DNA from: an uncultured Bacillota bacterium
Lineage (GTDB): Bacteria; Bacillota; Clostridia; Christensenellales; UBA1242
Assembly: GCA_949296805.1 (NCBI GenBank)
Contig: CASFPO010000049.1
Span: forward strand, 1-57,097
Direction: 5' to 3'
Length of the DNA: 57,097 nt
A program made the translations under genes and the position numbers. Positions within the stretch are counted from its first letter, which is position 1. Each line of letters begins with the position of its first letter. Under the pieces are notes generated by a model. That model saw only the letters and a program-made list of their open reading frames with translations, did no database searches and was not told the origin of the DNA. Shown here piece after piece: positions 49,881 to 57,097 of this stretch.

Positions 49881-52800
49881 TTAAATGGGTCGTGTCAGAA
49901 CTTCACATAAGGATACAAATCTTTCAAATAACATGGTCGATATTTCTTTGTTTCCTTGGTAAGATAATATTGACATATATAAACCACAATATCCAGAATT
50001 TTCAATTAAATAATTGTTCATTTTATTTTTAACTTCTTGGTTTGTACAGTTTAAAGAAAGAGAGATAATTGGGTGTAATGTTTTTCCTACCATGTATTCA
50101 TTAGGGAAATATTTTTCTTTCAATATTTTGAAAAATAAATCCACATCTATATTTTCATCGTTCAATATATTGTTCCAATAATTATAAGACGCCTGGGTAT
50201 AATCAATTTTTGAATTCTTGTTATCTACTTTTGTTTTTAAATTTGAAACATTGTTGTTAACAATATTTAAATCCTTTGTTAAGTCTAATTTTGATAAAGT
50301 ATAAATTTCAGTAGCATCTAAATATAATTTCCCTGATTTTGATAGGTGCTGTTTTAAATCAGACAATAAATTATCAAATTTATCAAAATTTGTATTATAA
50401 TTAATTGCATGTATTAAATATTTAGCAAAATATTCGTGATATTCCTCGGGGTCAGACGATATGTTTTTTATATATGAATTTGTGCGAATTTCTTCAACTT
50501 GTTCATATGGTATTCCATTTTTCAGTAGTCTTATAAAGAAAGAGAATATTATATTGCTATAATTATAATCGTTGTTTTCTAGCCATTTTAAAATATGAAT
50601 GATTTTCTTTTTATCAATCACATTAATATTTTGAAATAGATGTTCGATATTTTTATAATGACAACATTCATAAGAATTTTTATCAATCCACTCTATCATT
50701 TTTAAGATTTTGCAAATATATTTAAATTCTGTATTGCTGTTAAAATAATTGTGTGATATTAATGTAACAAAAGAGTCAATTAAATATCTTTCAACTATAA
50801 CATCGCCTTTCCAACCATGATAAAGATAAGATTTTGAATATCCTTCCATAAAATAATATAAACTTTTAGATTTGTTTTTCTCAACATACAAATATGATAA
50901 CTGAAAAAATAAATCTACTCTTTCTTGTAGAGAAGAAAATTCGTTTATGTTTTTTATAGAATCAAAATCGTAAATATCTTTAATTTTATCAAAAATAGAA
51001 CGATTCTTTTCTTTTAATATAGCTAATAATTGAATGTTTAAAAATTCAAAATTTAGCAAATTTTCAATTAAACTTATAGAGAAATTGACATCTATTAATT
51101 TTGAAGTGACAAGCATTATAATGTATTGTGCATAAATATTGCATATTCCTGTTGAATATCTATGTTTTAGTTCATTAAAAAACTTAATAAATTCAGGGAT
51201 AAATGCAGAAGTACTAATTGTTTTATTAAGTAGGTTACCAAGCAAATCACTAAAATGAACCATATCGTAGTTTTTAATTTTCCACTTGAAATAATGAGAA
51301 GCATAAATTAAATCGGCATCTTCAAATATGTTTAAATATGCTGTTGTTTTATTGATTTTATTTAAAAGTTCATTTTCATCAATTAAAATATCAATTGTGT
51401 ATATTCTTAATATATCATAATAGGAATCGCCTTTATTTTGACTTAATAAATTATATACAAAAGTTTTAATTCGTTCATTGTTTGGCATGTAAACTAAATT
51501 AGGACAGAATATTGCTTTTGCAAATAATTTATGAAACTTTGCAGGTATAATTTTATCAAGATTGTTTAAGGAGTTATTAAACGAAAAAGCATTTTCAAGA
51601 TATTGTGAAAAAATTTCAATTCTGTTATAATTCATATTATCAAGCAATATATCTTCAAAATTTTTCATAAACGCTTTTATAAAACTATTAAGATTTTTAA
51701 AATCTTTATTTTTTAACCAAACCAAAGGAGAAACACTTATTTCTTTTGGTAAAAGTGTATTAAATTTGCTTGTCAAAATTGGAGATTTAGATATTTTATT
51801 AAAAATAGGTGCTATTCGATTCCCATATTCCATTTCAATATTTGAATATTTTGTATTGAAAATAGAATTAACGTCAATAACCTTTTTTATGAGATTATTA
51901 TTTTCTATTAAATTACAAAACGTATTATCGTCGTAATTATTTAATGTTGAATAAAACCAATCGCTTAACATAAATGCTGGTAAGTCAAAGCCGAATAGTT
52001 TATCATTGCCGATATAAGCGTTATATATGTTATATTCTAATATATCTGATAATTCTTTTCTTTTTAATACATTATCGTGTAATTTTCTCATAAATATATT
52101 TTCAAATAATTCTATATCTTCAACAATTTTATATGTTTTTAAAATACTTAAATTCGTTTTATAAAGTTCATATATTTTGTTGGATAAAAAGTATTCATAC
52201 ATGCGCTTATGGGTAAAGTATAAATTATTGTCAGTTATGGATAATATCGAACTATCGGTTAAAAGTCTGTTTATTTCGTTATACAGTTGGTAGTTGCCTA
52301 ATTTTAAAACACTGTGACAAATTTCATAAAATGACCTTAAACTCACAACTGAGGACTTATTCTTGAATAGCAAAATTGCAACTTCTTCTAAAATATTGTA
52401 TAAATACTGCATTTGAGGCAAAGGAAGTTTCATATTCTTGTTGCAATCTTTTAATTTTAGATTAATTATTTGAGTTATAATTTCGTTTGTGTTTTCTTCA
52501 TATTTTATTCCTTCAAAATTACTAGCAATCAAATCTAAAAAGTATGGTTCAGATAAAACATCTTTTAAACTTTCATTATTTATAAAAATTTTCGTAAATA
52601 GTTCATAGTTATTTTCGTCTAAAATTTTTTCAACATATGATTTCTTTTGGTTTTCATACAATGGTTCAATTGTAAACTTTTCGCAGTTGTCAATGTTGCT
52701 AATAATGTTATTTGTCAAAGAAGATGTTCTACAACTAATGAAGATGGTAGAGATTGATTGATTTAATGATAATTCAGATAAGTATGTAAAAAATTCATTT

Positions 52801-53681
52801 CTTTGTTCGTTATTTAATTCGTCTATTGCATCAAAAAATATTTGGATTTTATGATGACTTTTATCAGTAGTCAAATTTGATAGATAAAGATTTAACACAT
52901 CTTTATATTTTTTAGAGTGAATTTTAAAATCAAAAAACACATTAAAAGTTTTATTGTTTATAGATGTCGCAACAAAGTTTTCATCTGTATCAAAAATTGT
53001 ATCTTTGTAATTATAGAGATAATATAAACAAACAGATTTGCCTAGTCCAGCATTACCTAATATTATATTAATTTTCTTATAAAAATTATATTTGGGCAAC
53101 TCTGAAAGTTTATATGATGATGATTTCAAATTTAAATCAATTAATTTTGTGCTTATAATCTCGTCTATTTTGGGATTAGTGTAACATGTGTGGCTTTCAA
53201 AATAGGTTAATCTAGCATCTTTAAAAAAGATGTTATAAACAATATTATAATCATTGTCTGCAATTTCTTTTAAAATAGAGTCGTTTGAAATTTCTATTAA
53301 TTCAACATTTATTTCTTTGAGTTTTTTAATTATTTTAGAATAACCCACTGATGTTTTTGTTAAATCTTGATTACAATACAAGACCAAATAATCCAATTTC
53401 TTATCAAATTTATTTAAGTAAGTTTTTAAAGACTTTATTGATTTTAATATTTGCTTATAATCAATTTTATTTTTGAAATATTTTGATTGAAAACCATAAT
53501 ATTTTTTATCTTTATCAAATAATATAGGTTCAGTTTCAATTCCTGGATTGTTATGTGATTTTATTAATAAAGGTGCATTAAATTTGTAAGAAAAAAGATA
53601 ATAACACATTTTTTCAAATGCATTCTCAATATTTTTACTATTTTTATTATTAAAACTTTGCCAGTCAATTAATTCTTCCAT
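49881..53681 (-). CDS. STAND/NACHT ATPase with an N-terminal PD-(D/E)xK-like nuclease (Avs-like antiviral protein)
   Basis: AFEKMCYYLF...PGIETEP...GFQSKYF, Walker A GNAGLGKS, Walker B FFDAIDE, SCR, FTHKRMYEYF, long helical C-terminus; very AT-rich. Confidence 0.8.
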   Translation of the reverse strand: MEELIDWQSFNNKNSKNIENAFEKMCYYLFSYKFNAPLLIKSHNNPGIETEPILFDKDKKYYGFQSKYFKNKIDYKQILKSIKSLKTYLNKFDKKLDYLVLYCNQDLTKTSVGYSKIIKKLKEINVELIEISNDSILKEIADNDYNIVYNIFFKDARLTYFESHTCYTNPKIDEIISTKLIDLNLKSSSYKLSELPKYNFYKKINIILGNAGLGKSVCLYYLYNYKDTIFDTDENFVATSINNKTFNVFFDFKIHSKKYKDVLNLYLSNLTTDKSHHKIQIFFDAIDELNNEQRNEFFTYLSELSLNQSISTIFISCRTSSLTNNIISNIDNCEKFTIEPLYENQKKSYVEKILDENNYELFTKIFINNESLKDVLSEPYFLDLIASNFEGIKYEENTNEIITQIINLKLKDCNKNMKLPLPQMQYLYNILEEVAILLFKNKSSVVSLRSFYEICHSVLKLGNYQLYNEINRLLTDSSILSITDNNLYFTHKRMYEYFLSNKIYELYKTNLSILKTYKIVEDIELFENIFMRKLHDNVLKRKELSDILEYNIYNAYIGNDKLFGFDLPAFMLSDWFYSTLNNYDDNTFCNLIENNNLIKKVIDVNSIFNTKYSNIEMEYGNRIAPIFNKISKSPILTSKFNTLLPKEISVSPLVWLKNKDFKNLNSFIKAFMKNFEDILLDNMNYNRIEIFSQYLENAFSFNNSLNNLDKIIPAKFHKLFAKAIFCPNLVYMPNNERIKTFVYNLLSQNKGDSYYDILRIYTIDILIDENELLNKINKTTAYLNIFEDADLIYASHYFKWKIKNYDMVHFSDLLGNLLNKTISTSAFIPEFIKFFNELKHRYSTGICNIYAQYIIMLVTSKLIDVNFSISLIENLLNFEFLNIQLLAILKEKNRSIFDKIKDIYDFDSIKNINEFSSLQERVDLFFQLSYLYVEKNKSKSLYYFMEGYSKSYLYHGWKGDVIVERYLIDSFVTLISHNYFNSNTEFKYICKILKMIEWIDKNSYECCHYKNIEHLFQNINVIDKKKIIHILKWLENNDYNYSNIIFSFFIRLLKNGIPYEQVEEIRTNSYIKNISSDPEEYHEYFAKYLIHAINYNTNFDKFDNLLSDLKQHLSKSGKLYLDATEIYTLSKLDLTKDLNIVNNNVSNLKTKVDNKNSKIDYTQASYNYWNNILNDENIDVDLFFKILKEKYFPNEYMVGKTLHPIISLSLNCTNQEVKNKMNNYLIENSGYCGLYMSILSYQGNKEISTMLFERFVSLCEVLTRPI

Positions 53682-53782
53682 ATATTCCCCTTTGAGCCAT
53701 TATATCATATCAATTGAATAAATTAATGAAAATTGAGTAATTTTTATAAAATATGTGTTATAATGTCCGTAGGAGCAAATTT

Positions 53783-54109
53783 ATGAAAATATATAACAAA
53801 CTTGTTAGAGATAAAATTCCAGAGATTATTGCTGGTGATAACGGAAAAACTTGTGTAACAAGAATTATGGAAGATGATGAATATTTAGAAACTCTTAATA
53901 CAAAAATGAAAGAAGAATTGAAAGAATATTTAGAAAGTGGAGAAGTGGAAGAACTTGCTGATTTAGAAGAAGTTTTAAGAGCAATTCTTGATGTTAAAGG
54001 TGTTTCTTATGAAGAATTTGAAAAAATAAGAAATTCAAAGGTTGAAAAAAGAGGTGCTTTCAAAAAGAAAATCTTTCTTGAAAGCGTAAGCGAAAAGAAT
54101 GATAAATAA
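53783..54109 (+). CDS. MazG-like/all-alpha nucleoside triphosphate pyrophosphohydrolase
   Basis: YNKLVRDKIPEII, EELKEY, EELADLEEV, KRGAF motifs; AGGAG RBS. Confidence 0.85.
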   Translation: MKIYNKLVRDKIPEIIAGDNGKTCVTRIMEDDEYLETLNTKMKEELKEYLESGEVEELADLEEVLRAILDVKGVSYEEFEKIRNSKVEKRGAFKKKIFLESVSEKNDK

Positions 54110-55460
54110 AAGTGCAATTTGTAATTTAGGACTTACATTTGTAGATGAGTATTCATTTGATGATACCCATTCTTCTTTTGTGTTCAAAAAAGACAACACT
54201 TGTGTAATAGTTGATAATAACATTTGTGAAAATGATAAAGAAGTTGTTTTTGATTATTCAAAGTATTGCGAAATGCAAAATAAATATATGGCAGAATATG
54301 AAAAACTTTATAGGTTTAATTTCACAAGTGAAAACATTTACCCTCAAATTTATGATTGGTTAAATAAAACTCCAGCAGATATTGAAATTAAAGATAATGG
54401 TGGTTCTTTTCATAATGCACATTTAGACAACACACCACTTGAAAAAACTTTTGAAGATTTGTTTGTTGAGTCCTATGGAGATAATGCAACAGAATATTTA
54501 AAAAAGGAATATTCAGTATCGCTAAACAATGGTAGAAATGCTTTTATTGATTATGTTGTAGAAACTAAAAATGGCAACTATGCAATAGAAGAAAATGGAG
54601 TTCATTATCATCACCCTTGCTTAATTGGAAACAGTGCTTATGAAAGGCAATTAGAAAAACAAAACACATTAGTTTTGTATGGTTTTAAAGTTTTCCGTTT
54701 TTCTAGTCAAAATTTATCTTTTAAAGAGCAAACCATTGACAACATAAAATCATATTTAGGAGAAAAGGATAACTTTATTAATTCTATTGTTGTAAAAGAA
54801 CAAAGAAAATTTAAACTCTATGAACATCAAGAGAGAATTCTTGAAGATATAAATAAATCGAGAAAAGAAGGTATTAATACATCACTTGTTGTTATTCCAA
54901 CGGGAACAGGAAAATCTCAAATAGTCATAGAAGATTTAAAACAATTAGCAGAAGATAACAAAATTAAAAGAGTTTTGATAATGGTGCCATCAATTCCAAT
55001 TAAAATGGAAGTAAAACTTAGAATTTACAGTTATGGAACAATTGAAAGGTTAAGTAAATGTTTTGAAAAGCACAGGGCTGATTTTAGAAACAAAAACGAA
55101 TTTCTTGTTCATGTTATTACAAATGGTTTGGATATTTTAGAATTGCAAGATGAAAATTTTAAAGATTACTATCAAAAAATGGAGAGTATATCAGAGAAGA
55201 TAACACACTTTGAAAATCACTTATCAGTTAAAGAAAATATGTATATTCAAGATTTGAAAATGATAAATGTTCAACAAATATTTATAGAAAAATTATTGTC
55301 AAGAATATATAATTTGGTTCTTGCTCATGATGATGAAAGAACCTTGCAAGCAACATATGTTGAAGCTGGAATGTATGACAGATTGCCAGAAGGTTTGCAG
55401 GAACTAAAAAATGAATATTTAAAGGCAATTGGGATAGAAGAAGATAAAAATGATGACTGA
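54099..55460 (+). pseudogene. Chimeric ORF: restriction-like nuclease domain + truncated SF2 helicase + unrelated C-terminus
   Basis: IDYVV...AIEENGVHYH...GFKVFRF nuclease; LYEHQ and PTGTGKS helicase start; no DExH motif follows. Confidence 0.65.
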
Positions 55461-55659
55461 AATAGATGAATTTATTAGAAGCAGGATAAGGAATGGGGAT
55501 ATTTTGAAAAATTATGCTCGTTTTTGCTAGTAAAATAAAGCATTTTACTGGAGCAAAATAAAAACTCGCAGAATCAAAATTGACCCATTCCCCTTATGCG
55601 ACAAACGGGATACCCGTTTTCGTTATTTATAAAGAATTAAACAAGCAAAAGGAGTAAAA

Positions 55660-55854
55660 ATGAAGAAAATAAAATATGCAAAAAACATACAGAGTATAAA
55701 TCTTAAAACAAACAAAGAGAGAAAAGGACAAGCAAAATTCTATCCGTCAGTGACCAAAAGTGTTGGCGAAACTTTAAGCAATTATTTAATTGATTACATT
55801 AAAAAAGGTGGAGATATTAATAATCTCACACCCGATAATGTTTTTAAAAATTAA
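55660..55854 (+). CDS. Small hypothetical protein
   Basis: AAGGAG RBS, 64 aa, basic. Confidence 0.5.
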   Translation: MKKIKYAKNIQSINLKTNKERKGQAKFYPSVTKSVGETLSNYLIDYIKKGGDINNLTPDNVFKN

Positions 55855-55857
55855 TTT

Positions 55858-56826
55858 TTATAATTCAACAATTTTTATATCATCATTATATATTTTTAAT
55901 TGAGTAATAATTTGGTTTGAATACATTTTTAACAAGTTAAATTCTTCTTGTGTTACATTAGCATTATGGGCAACTTTATTCCTAACTTGATATAATTCTT
56001 GTATTCTAATTCTAAGAAAATCTTGATTTGGGAAGTCTTTTTCAAAAATTGACCAGTTATCATTTTGAATAATAATTTTTTTTAATTCATCAAAATCTAA
56101 ATAAGAAAGTAAAGTTTTGCCCCTTGGTTCAGTCCACCCATTTTTGTCGTCTTCTTCTTTTCGAGATATAGCTTTCTCTTGTACTTTTTTACAATTCTTA
56201 AACAATTCAAATAAACTTTCATTTCCAAATTTTGATTTATATTTTACAAGTATGTAAGCTCTTAAATAATTTTCAATTGTAAAAGCTTCTATATAAGCAT
56301 CAGAGTTTAATGCTAAAGTATTTATTAACTTTCCTGATAACTTTTTGTAGTTTTTACTTATTCTATTTTCTACTTGCTCAACATTCCCAGTATTATATTC
56401 AACAATAGTATCATAAATTAGAATATATAGTTTTTTTAGGTATTCATCAATTTTGTAATATGTTTTAAGCAAAAAATCTCTATTAGAGAACAGCATAAAT
56501 CCATAACTTTCTTTTGGATCTTTTTTGTTGTGATTTTCATTATATGTATGTAAATCAAAATCTTGTTCAGTAATTTCAGTTAATTTATTTAGATAAAAGT
56601 CAGAATAAAGTTTAGATAATGTCTTTATGGAATTACATTTTATTTCGTTTTTTGTAAATAACATTTCAATATCAAAAAAACAATTTTTAACTTCAGCTAA
56701 TTTATTTTTTAATTTGGGAATTTCTTCAAAAAAGTAATCTCCAACATTAGGAATGGTTTTATTTTTTTTGTAAATAGAAATTGCTTTGTTTCTAACTTTA
56801 ATTGCTTTTCTTTTTTTCTTATCCAT
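55858..56826 (-). CDS. Swt1-like HEPN domain protein
   Basis: FTIENYLRAYI, YLDFDELKKII..NW..F, RNKVAH (RxxxxH). Confidence 0.8.
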   Translation of the reverse strand: MDKKKRKAIKVRNKAISIYKKNKTIPNVGDYFFEEIPKLKNKLAEVKNCFFDIEMLFTKNEIKCNSIKTLSKLYSDFYLNKLTEITEQDFDLHTYNENHNKKDPKESYGFMLFSNRDFLLKTYYKIDEYLKKLYILIYDTIVEYNTGNVEQVENRISKNYKKLSGKLINTLALNSDAYIEAFTIENYLRAYILVKYKSKFGNESLFELFKNCKKVQEKAISRKEEDDKNGWTEPRGKTLLSYLDFDELKKIIIQNDNWSIFEKDFPNQDFLRIRIQELYQVRNKVAHNANVTQEEFNLLKMYSNQIITQLKIYNDDIKIVEL

Positions 56827-56827
56827 A

Positions 56828-57031
56828 CTAATCCTCCAATCCTATTAAATAATCAGCAGAACAATTAAAGAACTTGCAAAGAATGATAATACTGTCAATG
56901 TTTGGAATTCTTAAATTTTTCTCCCAGCGATTGATACAAGCAGTGCTTATTCCTATTTGTTTTGATAATTCATATTGAGTAAGATTTTTTTCTTCTCGTA
57001 ATTCTTTTAATCTTTCTGCAAACTTATTCAT
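56828..57031 (-). CDS. XRE-family HTH regulator
   Basis: RLKELREEKNLTQYELS...WEKNLRIP...SADYLIG; AGGAG RBS before the ATG at 57031; 1 nt from the HEPN gene start. Confidence 0.9.
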   Translation of the reverse strand: MNKFAERLKELREEKNLTQYELSKQIGISTACINRWEKNLRIPNIDSIIILCKFFNCSADYLIGLED

Positions 57032-57097
57032 ACAAAAACTCCTTATATATAGGAGTATATACCAAATGGTAATAAAATACTTGACTTTTACCAAATG

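Noticed and set aside
1-57097. CRISPR array or cas genes
   Set aside because: I saw no regularly spaced repeat-spacer array and no cas-like ORF.

Overview
Low-GC chromosomal window from a Firmicute (Clostridia-like, standard genetic code). 1-38 kb is mostly minus-strand housekeeping DNA: argS, recR, ybaB, dnaX, a P-type Ca-ATPase, uppP, gltX, dnaB and typA. Interspersed are surface-protein genes (a BspA-type LRR protein, several lipoproteins, a ~3,245-aa giant lipoprotein), a tRNA-Leu locus with a small islet (IS200 remnant, DUF488 + dual-OB pair), and a three-gene cassette ending in a truncated FtsZ paralogue. 40.1-44.7 kb is a ~4.6-kb element integrated at the 3' end of tRNA-Asn and carrying a large serine recombinase. 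46.5-57 kb is an AT-rich defence island (two-gene CBASS with NucC, Avs-like STAND ATPase, MazG-like protein, broken nuclease-helicase, HEPN + XRE). Most notable: (1) a lipoprotein fusing a SipW-type signal peptidase to a ~150-aa domain that is also the mature N-terminus of the BspA protein, a candidate undescribed fibre/pilus system, with a poly-G promoter tract on the BspA gene; (2) a scrambled sense+antisense tRNA-Leu copy with hairpin insertions in the tRNA leader; (3) dnaX needing a frameshift to make the long (tau) form; (4) a recombinase whose C-terminus would change on excision; (5) an FtsZ-like GTPase domain with no T7 loop. All family calls are from motif recognition by eye, without database searches.
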